DNA from: Phycisphaerales bacterium | GTDB taxonomy: Bacteria > Planctomycetota > Phycisphaerae > WQYP01 | Length of the DNA: 64,000 nucleotides | Assembly: GCA_013044165.1 (NCBI GenBank) | Contig: JABEVB010000177.1 | Location: 821-64,820 of the forward strand | Reading direction: 5' to 3' | Program-made: the position numbers and the translations under genes | Notes under the pieces: model-generated | The model's database searches: none | Seen by the model: the letters and a program-made list of their open reading frames with translations, nothing else | What the model was told of the DNA's origin: nothing | Shown: piece after piece, positions 10,244 to 20,271 of the stretch | Layout of the letters: each line of letters begins with the position of its first letter | How positions within the stretch are numbered: the stretch's first letter is position 1

Positions 10244-11254
10244 TTATGGATACACGCGAATAAGCAGATCATCGAGCACATGGTCAGCGGTGGCGTTGTC
10301 ATTTTGTGCGTCAAAATTAAGCAAAAGCCTATGCCGCAGCGCTGGTCGGACCACTTCAGCGATATCTTCAAACGCAACATTGGCACGGCTATTGATCAGG
10401 GCCATAGCCTTGGCGGCAAGTAAAATGCTTTGCGCGCCGCGCGGGCTTGCGCCGTAGCGTACATACTGCTTTACCATTTGCGGTGCGGTTGGTGATTGCG
10501 GGTGACTCGCCAAAACCAAGCGAGCAATGTAGGCATGCACAGCCTCGGATGCCGGTACCGCTCGCACGAGGCGCTTCATTCGGTCAATGGTATCGCCATT
10601 GAGCAGCGTTAAAGTGGCTGGCTTGGCACTACCGGTGGTGCGTTTCAATATTTCAGTTAAGTCTCCAAGCGCCGGCAGCTCAAGGGATATCTTCATGGCA
10701 AAGCGATCAAGTTGTGCTTCGGGAAGTGGATAGGTTCCCTCCATTTCAAGAGGATTTTGGGTGGCGAGAACAAAAAATGGATCAGCCATTGCGTGGGTGG
10801 TTTTATTAACCGTGACGGAATGTTCAGCCATAGCTTCAAGCAGTGCCGCCTGAGTTTTGGGTGTTGCGCGATTGATTTCATCCGCGAGGATGAGGTGTCC
10901 GAAAATAGGCCCGGGCTGAAAAGTAAGCGACCGGTTACCACCGGCGTCTGAAACGAGAATTGAGGTGCCGATGATATCCGCGGGCATCAGATCGGGCGTA
11001 AATTGGATGCGAGAGAACTTAAGGTCCAGAATTTGCCCTAGCGTTTTGGCCAGCAACGTTTTACCCAAACCGGGAACGCCTTCGAGTAGCGCGTGGCCGC
11101 CGGTGAGCAGACATAACAGTGTTTGACGGACAACGACGGCCTGACCCACGATCACCTTGCTCAACTCGCGCTCGATGATGGAAACTTGCTGCGTAAAATC
11201 GGCAACGCTCGCAGCGATGTCCGGTGTTGAATCTGGGCGGGATTGTAACATCAT
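10244..11254 (-). CDS. MoxR-family AAA+ ATPase
   Basis: Walker A GVPGLGKT. MoxR-typical LLEGVPGLGKTLLAKTL...FSRIQFTPDLMPADIIG block. About 330 aa. Confidence 0.85.
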   Translation of the reverse strand: MMLQSRPDSTPDIAASVADFTQQVSIIERELSKVIVGQAVVVRQTLLCLLTGGHALLEGVPGLGKTLLAKTLGQILDLKFSRIQFTPDLMPADIIGTSILVSDAGGNRSLTFQPGPIFGHLILADEINRATPKTQAALLEAMAEHSVTVNKTTHAMADPFFVLATQNPLEMEGTYPLPEAQLDRFAMKISLELPALGDLTEILKRTTGSAKPATLTLLNGDTIDRMKRLVRAVPASEAVHAYIARLVLASHPQSPTAPQMVKQYVRYGASPRGAQSILLAAKAMALINSRANVAFEDIAEVVRPALRHRLLLNFDAQNDNATADHVLDDLLIRVYP

Positions 11255-11577
11255 AAAATCTGCAACACCTCGTATAGCTAAGGGTTATTATTGGCGGTGA
11301 CTGGGTGAATTACAAATGCTCCTTAGTTACAATATGTGTCTCACGCGTGTGATCTAAATGTTCTTGACCCCGCGCAGAATGGCTCATCGTTAAGCGGCAA
11401 GGTTAATTGGATGCTGATATTGTCCGAACCGGTTGGACTTAATCTGATGTATGGACGCCATAGTGTAAGCCGGATATGTTATCTCTGTGGCAGATAAATA
11501 TTGTGGGGGGGAACTGCGGTATGAATAGCAATACTCTGCCTGGTTATTAAGTGGCCTTGTTACAAAGGAGTTGGCGG

Positions 11578-14511
11578 ATGGCTCGTAGAGTTCTTCTGGC
11601 CGGGTTAATGTTGCTTGGCTCCATACCATTGGCGAGTTGCACCATGGAGGCACCCCGCAACTTTACTCATTTTTCTTCGCCCAATGGCTTCGGCATGAGC
11701 GCTGCAGTTCTTAACAACGGCAATGCGATAGAGCTTACCAACGGGGGATCCAGCCAATCAGCGAGTATCTTTACGTCAAGGCCGGTGGATATTCGGGCAT
11801 TTAAGGCGGCCTTTACTTATCAAATCAGTAACCCGGGCAGGGGCGGCCCGGCCGATGGGATCGCGTTTGTGTTACAGCGAGACCCTCGCGGAACCAAAGC
11901 CCTTGGGCAGGATGGTGCTTCACTCGGGTACGGCGGGGAGGGTGCCATAGAGCACAGCGCGGCGTTTCAGCTAAACGTAATGGCGAACAATACAGTGGGG
12001 TTTGCGGTCCATTCGGATGGAGAGACTGGCTTCTACACCCCGACGACTCCGGTGAACTTGGCAAGCGGCGATCCCATTCGCATCAAGTTACATTTTGATG
12101 GTATGCGCTTACATGTAAAGCTCTGCGATAAAAAGACCGGACAACGATTTGCAATGGAGCAAGTTTGGAACCCGGTGGCTAGCGTTGGCGCAGATACGGC
12201 CCTCATTGGCTTTACGGGTAGTAGCGGCAGCCAGGATGCCCGGCAGGTAGTGAGTCAATTCTGCTACAAGTCCGTGAGGCCAACATGGCGGAAACAAATG
12301 ACTGCTGTTGCGACCGTGAATCCATTCATCGGCACGACGAATGAAGGCGAGATGTTTCCTGGTGCAGTTGCGCCGTTTGGTATGGTGCAACTCTCACCTG
12401 ACACACGTAATCATTCAATGGGATATTACTGGCGCAATCCCGAAATATATGGTTTTTCGATGTTGCACATGTCGGGCGTAGGTTGCCCCAATGGTGGCGA
12501 CGTATTCTTTACCGGAACAACCGGTCCGGTTGAGGTAGCTCCGAAGGACTACCATTCGCCCTACAGCCACGGCGATGAATCGGCTCATCCGGGCTTTTAC
12601 CAAGTTCGTCTGCTAAAACCCAATATCAACGTGGAACTCACGGCAACGGTTCATGCGGGTTTGGCCAAATTCATTTTTCCGGCGCGGCAACAGGCTAATA
12701 TCCTTATACCCATCAGCCACACACTTACCAACACACATCAGGCTGAGATTCAAATTGTCAGCGACCGAGAGATTGAAGGAATGGTGAAGAGCCAAACCTT
12801 TTGCGGGTCTCATCATTTTTACCGGGTCTATTTTGTCATGCGGTTCAGCCACCGGTTTAAAAGTTTCGGTACCTGGTCCGGCAGCAAAGTGGCCGCCAAC
12901 TCCAAGTTTGCCAAGCAGGGTAATTGGCATCAGTCACCGATTGGCGCTTATGTCAGTTGGCCCGCCGGCCCGGCTCGCACAGTGACGGCGAGTATAGGCA
13001 TATCGTTTGTAGACCTGGCCGGTGCCAGAAATAACCTGGCGACCGAAGTTGGCGTCAGAGATTTTGCACAGGTGCGCCATTCAACAAGCCGCCAATGGAA
13101 AAATGTATTGAATCGCATAACTGTTTCTGGTGGAACACTGAGCGATCGCATTAAATTTTATACCGCGCTATACCATGCAGCTCTTATGCCCAGCGTATTT
13201 TCTGATGTGGATGGGCGGTATATCGGCTTTGATCAGCGCATCCACAGGCTCAAAGTTGGGGATGTGCAATATGCCAATTACTCAGGCTGGGACATTTACC
13301 GCACCGAAGCGCCGCTCCTATGCCTTTTATTCCCAAAGCGAATGGCGCAGATGTGCCAATCGTTGGTGCGCGATTACCGCCAAGGTGGTTGGATGCCGCG
13401 ATGGCCTCATTACAATTTTTACACAAATGTGATGTGCGGTAGTCCGCTTACAAGCGTAATTTGCACGGCATATCGCTATGGCATCCACAACTTTGACGTT
13501 CAGACGGCCTATCAGGCGATGCTTAAGGATGCCACGCAGGCACCACCTCGCGGCAAGCCATATGCCGGTGAGTCTAATATTGGCTATATCAACCAAGTGC
13601 ACTACGACCCGCAGGACAAAGAGGGTTACGGGGCGGTATCGCAAACCGAAGAGGACTGCTACGCTTATTCGGCACTGGCTGAGCTGGCGCAGGATCTGGG
13701 CAAGCATGCCGACGCCCAGATGCTGCGCAAGAGGGCAATGTATTACCGTAATCTCTTTGACCCGAGCACGCACTGGATGCGACCGCGAAACTTGGACGGA
13801 TCCTGGTCCAAGCCGTTTAAACCCACGCAGGCTCATGGATACATTGAGGGCTATGGATGGCAATATCTCTGGCTCGTGCCACACGATGTTACCGGGCTTG
13901 TTAATCTTATGGGCCGGAGGTTGTTTAATCAGCGGATGGATTTATTCTTCCGTGTGGTGAATCAATGGAATGATACAAACTATAACCCGTATAATGAGCC
14001 GGACCTGCAGGCTCCGTTTCTTTACAACTGGTCGGGCAAGCCTTGGAAAACGCAATCGCTGGTGCGACGCTTATGTGCCTCGGTCTATGGCGCAGGGCCG
14101 GCGGCTGCAATGATCGGACGAAACACCGGCTACGCCAACGACGATTGTGGCACCATGGCATCATGGTTGATATTCAGCATGATGGGCTTTTACCCGGTGG
14201 ATCCGGCCAGCGGCACCTTTGTGGTATGCAGCCCGGTATTTAAGACCGTGTTTATTCAACTGCATCGCCCGTACCGGGGCCATGAATTCACCATTGTGGC
14301 TCGTGGTGCTTCAGCAAGCAACAAGTACATTGAGAGTATGGCGGTGGATGGCGCTACGCAGAGCAAATGCTGGTTTGACCAACAGGTGCTAGGGCATGGT
14401 GGCACGCTGGAATTGAAACTTGGCGCAAGGCCCAATCGCGACTGGGGTGTAGGCGCTGCAAATGAGCCGCCATCGCTAAGTGTTACGCACCCGGGTCTTT
14501 TGACGCATTAA
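11578..14511 (+). CDS. Secreted L-type (legume-like) lectin domain fused to a GH92 family alpha-mannosidase
   Basis: N-terminal signal/lipobox-like LASC, then ADGIAFVLQRDPRG...LGYGG, the legume-lectin signature. Downstream is GH92 core NPFIGTTNEGEMFPGAVAPFGMVQLSPDT plus a long GH92 body. Start trimmed to MARRV, preceded by AAGGAG. Confidence 0.8.
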   Translation: MARRVLLAGLMLLGSIPLASCTMEAPRNFTHFSSPNGFGMSAAVLNNGNAIELTNGGSSQSASIFTSRPVDIRAFKAAFTYQISNPGRGGPADGIAFVLQRDPRGTKALGQDGASLGYGGEGAIEHSAAFQLNVMANNTVGFAVHSDGETGFYTPTTPVNLASGDPIRIKLHFDGMRLHVKLCDKKTGQRFAMEQVWNPVASVGADTALIGFTGSSGSQDARQVVSQFCYKSVRPTWRKQMTAVATVNPFIGTTNEGEMFPGAVAPFGMVQLSPDTRNHSMGYYWRNPEIYGFSMLHMSGVGCPNGGDVFFTGTTGPVEVAPKDYHSPYSHGDESAHPGFYQVRLLKPNINVELTATVHAGLAKFIFPARQQANILIPISHTLTNTHQAEIQIVSDREIEGMVKSQTFCGSHHFYRVYFVMRFSHRFKSFGTWSGSKVAANSKFAKQGNWHQSPIGAYVSWPAGPARTVTASIGISFVDLAGARNNLATEVGVRDFAQVRHSTSRQWKNVLNRITVSGGTLSDRIKFYTALYHAALMPSVFSDVDGRYIGFDQRIHRLKVGDVQYANYSGWDIYRTEAPLLCLLFPKRMAQMCQSLVRDYRQGGWMPRWPHYNFYTNVMCGSPLTSVICTAYRYGIHNFDVQTAYQAMLKDATQAPPRGKPYAGESNIGYINQVHYDPQDKEGYGAVSQTEEDCYAYSALAELAQDLGKHADAQMLRKRAMYYRNLFDPSTHWMRPRNLDGSWSKPFKPTQAHGYIEGYGWQYLWLVPHDVTGLVNLMGRRLFNQRMDLFFRVVNQWNDTNYNPYNEPDLQAPFLYNWSGKPWKTQSLVRRLCASVYGAGPAAAMIGRNTGYANDDCGTMASWLIFSMMGFYPVDPASGTFVVCSPVFKTVFIQLHRPYRGHEFTIVARGASASNKYIESMAVDGATQSKCWFDQQVLGHGGTLELKLGARPNRDWGVGAANEPPSLSVTHPGLLTH

Positions 14512-14528
14512 CGGCACCAGGTGGCCCC

Positions 14529-15542
14529 TTATTTGAGCAGCAGTTCGGCAATCTGCACGGCATTCAGGGCCGCGCCCTTAAGTAGCTGATCGCCCGCTAC
14601 GAACATGGCGATGGATTTACCACTTGGGTCGCTTATGTCCTGTCGGATTCGGCCCACCAGAACATCGCCTTGCCCGGCGGCATCTTTAGGCATTGGAAAA
14701 TAATTTTTGGTTGTGTCGTCCACCACGCGCACGCCCGGGGCTTTGGCCAGAAGAGCATGAACCTCCGCCGGCGTAATGGGGCGTTGACACTCGATGGTAA
14801 GCGACTCACAATGAGCACGTAGTACCGGCACACGCACGCAGGTGGCGGAAATGCGCATAGCATCGTCGCCGAAAATCTTGCGGGTCTCGCGCGTCATTTT
14901 TATTTCTTCCTCGTTATAGAGTGTCTGCGGGTCTACCGCTGAATTATGGCTGAAGAGATTAAAAGCATACGGATGCGGCAGCACGGTATGCTTATGTTCT
15001 CGGCCTTCGAGCGAAGCGCGGGTGCTGTCAAGCAGTTCCTGCATCGCCGCGGCACCTGCTCCGCTTGCGGCTTGATATGTTGCGGCAATGAGCCGTCGAA
15101 TAGGGTTTACTTTATGAATCGGCCAAAGCGGCACAATTGCGATGATAGTCGAGCAGTTTGGATTGGCAATAATGCCCTTATGCTGCCGCGCTGCCTGTGG
15201 GTTTATTTCGGGAACCACCAGCGGTACGTCAGGAGCCATTCGAAAGGCTGAACTGTTGTCCACCACAATGGCCCCGGCTTTAACAGCTATGGGGCCGAAT
15301 TTTTTACTGATCGAGCCTCCGGCCGAAAACAGTGCCAAGTCAACACCATCAAAGCTGGCTTCGGTTAGCTCTGCAACTTTATGTGTGACGCCGCGAAATG
15401 TAAGGTCCTTGCCGATGGAGCGGGCCGAGGCCAAGAGCCTAAGTTCGGCAACCGGGAAGTGTAGATCCTCCAAACATCGCAAAAACTCTATGCCTACAGC
15501 GCCGGTGGCTCCAACAATTGCCACAACCGGAGGTGATTTCAT
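14529..15542 (-). CDS. asd: Aspartate-semialdehyde dehydrogenase
   Basis: N-terminal VAIVGATGAVG Rossmann motif and an NPNCSTI active-site Cys motif. Start trimmed to MKSPP. Confidence 0.9.
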   Translation of the reverse strand: MKSPPVVAIVGATGAVGIEFLRCLEDLHFPVAELRLLASARSIGKDLTFRGVTHKVAELTEASFDGVDLALFSAGGSISKKFGPIAVKAGAIVVDNSSAFRMAPDVPLVVPEINPQAARQHKGIIANPNCSTIIAIVPLWPIHKVNPIRRLIAATYQAASGAGAAAMQELLDSTRASLEGREHKHTVLPHPYAFNLFSHNSAVDPQTLYNEEEIKMTRETRKIFGDDAMRISATCVRVPVLRAHCESLTIECQRPITPAEVHALLAKAPGVRVVDDTTKNYFPMPKDAAGQGDVLVGRIRQDISDPSGKSIAMFVAGDQLLKGAALNAVQIAELLLK

Positions 15543-15620
15543 GGAATTAGCCCTTCCGTCAATAAACCGGCATTTTATAAATGCCTTACGCACCGTCGCG
15601 TAAAGCTGACAATATAGCAT

Positions 15621-15884
15621 AATCTGCTCGTCATGGCAGCTTCATTGCCAAGCTTTTTGTCAAATCGGCGGCATTATCATATGGAAGCACCACAACTGTC
15701 TCGTATGGACACGAGGTCGAGAGTTTAATATCTGTCGAAGGTGGCGAAATATGCAACTACTGCGAAGCATAATAAAGGGGGCTTAAGCCTCTGGCGCGAC
15801 TGCAAACCGATTAAACCCGCGTGGTTGTTGGAACCGCAATTTTAGCATACATTTTCCACACGGCTGCAATGTGGCGGCGTACTT
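15621..15884. promoter_or_regulatory. Divergent intergenic region between asd (-) and galK (+), expected to carry both promoters
   Basis: A 264-bp non-coding gap between divergently oriented genes. No specific motif asserted. Confidence 0.3.
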
Positions 15885-17078
15885 GTGGCAGACCATCAGG
15901 AGTTTATCATGGAATCAGCCCAGCTTGACATTGAGTTTAAGAAGCACTTTGGCGGGGAGACCGACAAACTACTCGAAGTTCGCGCGCCGGGGCGGGTCAA
16001 TCTTATTGGAGAACATACCGACTACAACGATGGCTTTGTTTTTCCCATGGCGATTGAACGAGATACGGCCATTGTGTTTCGCCGTCGCAAGGACCAACTT
16101 GTACGCATGGTAAGCGCTTCGCAACCGGGCGAACCGGCCGAGTTTGCTTTTTCGCATGAGGTCAGCAAGGGGCCGCCGCTCTGGTCGCTCTACGCCCGAG
16201 GTGTGGCCGAGGCATTGCGACAAAAAAACTTGATTACGACCGGCATAGATGCGTTGGTTGCCGCGAATGTGCCCTTGGGGGGCGGCTTGTCCTCCAGCGC
16301 CTCGTTTGAAGTTGCAACCGCTTTGGCTCTGCTTACCGCCTCGCAAACGACCATGGATCGGGTGGACATGGCGCTGGCATGCCAATGGGCGGAACATCAT
16401 TATCCCGGTATGCCCTGCGGAATTATGGATCAATTTATTTCAGCTTTGGCTCAAAAAGGTCATGCCATGTTGCTCGACTGTCGCGATCGCTCCTTTAAGC
16501 AGGTGCCCCTGAATGATCCTGCGGTTCGCGTGGCGGTCGTTAATAGCAATGTCAAACATGAATTGGTGGGTGGGGAATACAAGCAGCGGCGGCAGCAATG
16601 CGAAGCCGCCGTCGCCGCACTGGCCCAAAAGCAGCCCGGTGTCAAAGCGCTACGCGACGCGACCATGCCAATGCTGGATCAGGCTAAGGCCGCCATGGAC
16701 TCCGTGGTTTACCGCCGCGCCCGGCATGTGATTGGAGAAAATCAGCGAGCACTAGACTTTGCAGCCGCCCTGGAGGCACACGATTATTCGGCGTGCGGCC
16801 GACTGCTTTATGCGTCGCATGTGAGCCTGCGCGATGATTACCAGGTGAGTTGTCCCGAACTTGATACCCTTGTGGAGCTTGCACGATCGGTGGAGGGCGT
16901 TTTCGGAGCGCGCATGACGGGTGGCGGCTTCGGAGGGTGTATTGTGGTGCTGCTGCAACACCAGGCGTTTGAGCCGCTGAGTAAGCTCCTGCACTCCGAA
17001 TATCCTAAGCGCTATCAGAAGCAGCCGGCGATGTTTGGCACGCTACCGGGGCCGGGCGCTCGTGTGGTGCGTGACTAA
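15885..17078 (+). CDS. galK: Galactokinase
   Basis: Galactokinase signature RAPGRVNLIGEHTDYNDGFVFP and GHMP-kinase motif PLGGGLSSSAS. Confidence 0.9.
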   Translation: MADHQEFIMESAQLDIEFKKHFGGETDKLLEVRAPGRVNLIGEHTDYNDGFVFPMAIERDTAIVFRRRKDQLVRMVSASQPGEPAEFAFSHEVSKGPPLWSLYARGVAEALRQKNLITTGIDALVAANVPLGGGLSSSASFEVATALALLTASQTTMDRVDMALACQWAEHHYPGMPCGIMDQFISALAQKGHAMLLDCRDRSFKQVPLNDPAVRVAVVNSNVKHELVGGEYKQRRQQCEAAVAALAQKQPGVKALRDATMPMLDQAKAAMDSVVYRRARHVIGENQRALDFAAALEAHDYSACGRLLYASHVSLRDDYQVSCPELDTLVELARSVEGVFGARMTGGGFGGCIVVLLQHQAFEPLSKLLHSEYPKRYQKQPAMFGTLPGPGARVVRD

Positions 17079-17151
17079 CAGGGGTTTACTGGGCAAGGGG
17101 ATGGGCTGATGCCAGAGTCGCCGGAACCTAATCCGCAAGCGGACCAGATAC

Positions 17152-18174
17152 ATGATGAAAAATATTCTTAAAAGCCTTGTTGCGGGCCAAACACTTTCTG
17201 AGAGTGAAATGCAAGCGGCTGTTTCGGCTATCATGTCCGGCGAGGCTGATGCCGCGCAGATCGGCGCATTGCTGGCTTTACTTGCCAACCGCGAGCCAAC
17301 CGTGGATGAACTGGTAGGCGTGGCCCGGGTGATGCGGCGGTTTGTATTGCCTGTTGAAGCACCGGACGAGGTTATAGACACGTGTGGCGCCGGGGGGGCG
17401 GGTTCGCGGCTGTTCAATATTTCAACGACTGCGGCCATTGTTGCTGCAGCATGCGGGGTTCCTGTAGCCAAGCATGGTAATCGTGCCGTGACCAGCCGCA
17501 GCGGCTCGGCGGATGTACTGGCGGCTTTGGGCGTCAATGTGGAGGCTCCGCCCGCAGTTCAAACGCGATGCCTTCAAGAAATTAATATCTGCTTTGCTTT
17601 TGCGCAGCGACATCATCCGTCTATGAAGCATGTGGCTGCGGTGCGGACATCGCTTGGCTTTGCTACTATTTTTAATTTAATCGGTCCGCTCACAAATCCC
17701 GCAGGGGCCAGGAAACAACTGGCCGGCGTACCGCGTCCCGCTCTGACCGAAAAAGTGCTCGCGGCACTCGTCCGATTGGGCGCTGCACGCGCCATGGTTG
17801 TATGCGGTGTGGACCCTTTGGAGGGCAATCTGTGCGAACTTTCGCTGGCGGGAAAGACACACGTGTCGCTTTTTGACGGCACCGAGTCGCGTAGCTTCGC
17901 ACTGGTTCCGGAAGATGTGGGGCTGAAAACCCAATCAAGCGAAAGTTTTTGCGTGGATTCCCCCGAGGCCTCCGCCCAGATCGTGCGCGAGGTGTTGGCG
18001 GGAAAAAAAGGCGCTGCCCGCGATATTATTTTGCTGAATGCCGGTGCGGCCCTCTGGGTGGGCGAAAAAGCGAAAAGTGTGCGCGAGGGCATAAAAAAGG
18101 CCGCTGTTGCTATTGACAAGGGAGCGGGGGCACACACGCTTAACGAACTTGTTCGCATGACCAACGCCTCCTGA
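17152..18174 (+). CDS. trpD: Anthranilate phosphoribosyltransferase (glycosyl transferase family 3)
   Basis: DTCGAGGAGS...NISTTAAIVAAACGVPVAKHGNRAVTSRSGSADVL motif block. Confidence 0.85.
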   Translation: MMKNILKSLVAGQTLSESEMQAAVSAIMSGEADAAQIGALLALLANREPTVDELVGVARVMRRFVLPVEAPDEVIDTCGAGGAGSRLFNISTTAAIVAAACGVPVAKHGNRAVTSRSGSADVLAALGVNVEAPPAVQTRCLQEINICFAFAQRHHPSMKHVAAVRTSLGFATIFNLIGPLTNPAGARKQLAGVPRPALTEKVLAALVRLGAARAMVVCGVDPLEGNLCELSLAGKTHVSLFDGTESRSFALVPEDVGLKTQSSESFCVDSPEASAQIVREVLAGKKGAARDIILLNAGAALWVGEKAKSVREGIKKAAVAIDKGAGAHTLNELVRMTNAS

Positions 18175-18341
18175 ATAGTTGCCACTGTGCGCGACCGGCG
18201 GCGGGCGCCGCTCGTCTTGCATGCGAATCGAAGACCAACCCACAACGTGGATGCTGGTTTTGGCTGTTGCATTGTCGCCTTAGCGTTCGTATCCTTAGCG
18301 GCTTGTTTTGCTGGGTCGGAATTATTTTTGCGGAGTAAGCC

Positions 18342-19235
18342 GTGGACATACCCATGGGGCAGCGAGTACTAAAAAAGGCCGACGCTCTTATTGAAGCGCT
18401 CGGCTATATTCAGCGATTCAACGAAAAGATAGTGGTGGTAAAGCTCGGTGGTTCGTTCATGGACAACCAGGACGAGTTTCGCAAAGTGCTTACCGATATT
18501 GTCTTTATGCAGGCCGTGGGTATGCGGCCGGTGGTGGTGCATGGCGGGGGCAAAGCTATCACTCAGGCCATGAGCGATGCCGGCCTTAAGGCTCAATTCG
18601 TCATGGGTCGCCGTTATACTGACGACCGCACTCTCGCCATTGCAGAGCACGTACTGATAAGCGACATCAACGCCTTTATCGTGAAGACGATTAATGAGCA
18701 GGGCGGCAAAGCGATGCCGCTGCATTCGTTGGGCAGTATTGTAATATTTGGCGAGAAGCTGTTTCTCAGTGACCCGCAAGGCCAGAAGATAGACATTGGG
18801 CGGGTGGGGCACATTACGAGCGTCAATGCTGAACTTTTAGCTGCGCTTTGCCAGGCTGATTTTATTCCGGTAATCGCTCCCATAGCGGGTGATAATGCCG
18901 GTGGAAAACTCAACGTCAACGCCGACACAGCCGCCGGCTTTGTGGCCGCCGCCTGCAAGGCTGAAAAGATGGTGCTGGTATCTGATACCCATGGCATTCG
19001 GGAAAATAAGGACGACCCCGATTCGCTGTTGCGCAGCGTGACGCGGCAAGGCATCGAAAAATTGATTGCCAGCGGACAAGTCGGTGAAGGCATGCTGCCC
19101 AAGGTTGAAGCCTGCCTGATTGCCCTTGATGGCGGCGTGGCTAAAACACACATTATTGACGGCCGATTCCCGCATTCGCTGCTCCTGGAGATTTATTCTG
19201 ATCTCGGCGTTGGAACCGAAATCGTCCGGGGATGA
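18342..19235 (+). CDS. argB: Acetylglutamate kinase
   Basis: AA-kinase fold: VVVKLGGS, VVVHGGG. Length about 297 aa. Confidence 0.85.
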   Translation: MDIPMGQRVLKKADALIEALGYIQRFNEKIVVVKLGGSFMDNQDEFRKVLTDIVFMQAVGMRPVVVHGGGKAITQAMSDAGLKAQFVMGRRYTDDRTLAIAEHVLISDINAFIVKTINEQGGKAMPLHSLGSIVIFGEKLFLSDPQGQKIDIGRVGHITSVNAELLAALCQADFIPVIAPIAGDNAGGKLNVNADTAAGFVAAACKAEKMVLVSDTHGIRENKDDPDSLLRSVTRQGIEKLIASGQVGEGMLPKVEACLIALDGGVAKTHIIDGRFPHSLLLEIYSDLGVGTEIVRG

Positions 19236-19274
19236 ATATCAGCCCGTTTAACCAGAGGATACAGAGGACATTGT

Positions 19275-20213
19275 ATGGTGCACACGAAGGGCAAATTTGA
19301 TTTTATAGATATCAAAACTACGCCACGGCCGATGCTTGAGCACCTGATGGCGGTGGCTCAACGGCTAAAATCGGAGTTCAAGAGCATCGGCCGTAACGCG
19401 CCGCTGGCCAGCGGAAAGGGCCTGGCCATGATATTTGAAAAGCCGTCGCTGCGGACACGCATTAGTTTTGAAGCGGCGATGCGTCACCTTGGCGGAACGG
19501 CCACCTATATTGCCCCTGAGGAAATTGGCTTGGGCAAGCGAGAAAGCGTAGCGGACGTGGCGCGGGTTCTATCGGGATTTTGCGATGCCATTATGGCTCG
19601 CACATTCTCGCATGAAGCAATTGAAGAATTGGCTCGGTATAGTTCACTTCCGGTGATTAATGGTTTAAGCGACGTAAGCCACCCGTGTCAGGCGATGGCC
19701 GACCTTATGACGGCAAAGGAGCATTTTGGCCAACTTCCCGGGCTTACACTGGCTTATGTAGGAGATGGCAACAATGTTGCCCGCTCATTAATGGAAGCCT
19801 GCTCAGCGTTAGGTCTGAAGTTTCGGATCGCAGCACCCAAGGGTTATGAGCTTGAAGCGCGAAGCATAAAGGACGCAGTTGCCACAAACCCCGATTTTGA
19901 TTTCTCTGCCAGCAACGATCCAATATGCGCAGTTAAGCAGGCCGACATTATTTATACCGACACTTGGGTAAGCATGGGCCAAGAGGCTCAAAAGGCAGAG
20001 CGCCTTAAAATCTTTGGTTCCTATCAGGTTAATGCCAACCTGCTGCGGGCTGCTCCCTCCACCGCCATCGTTATGCACTGCCTGCCGGCGTACCGTGGCG
20101 TTGAAATTACCGATGAAGTCATGGATGGCCCGCAGAGCCAGGTTTTTCCGGAGGCGGAGATTCGCCTGCACTTTCAAAAAGGGCTGCTGGCCGTGCAACT
20201 CGCCGGCGTGTAG
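19275..20213 (+). CDS. argF: Ornithine carbamoyltransferase
   Basis: STRTR carbamoyl-phosphate motif, HCLP motif, and DxxxSMG-like ornithine-binding region (DTWVSMG). Confidence 0.85.
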   Translation: MVHTKGKFDFIDIKTTPRPMLEHLMAVAQRLKSEFKSIGRNAPLASGKGLAMIFEKPSLRTRISFEAAMRHLGGTATYIAPEEIGLGKRESVADVARVLSGFCDAIMARTFSHEAIEELARYSSLPVINGLSDVSHPCQAMADLMTAKEHFGQLPGLTLAYVGDGNNVARSLMEACSALGLKFRIAAPKGYELEARSIKDAVATNPDFDFSASNDPICAVKQADIIYTDTWVSMGQEAQKAERLKIFGSYQVNANLLRAAPSTAIVMHCLPAYRGVEITDEVMDGPQSQVFPEAEIRLHFQKGLLAVQLAGV

Positions 20214-20271
20214 CGCCGGTGCAGTCGGAGCCACCAGGAGCTATTACTCTTTGAGATGAGGACAATAACGT

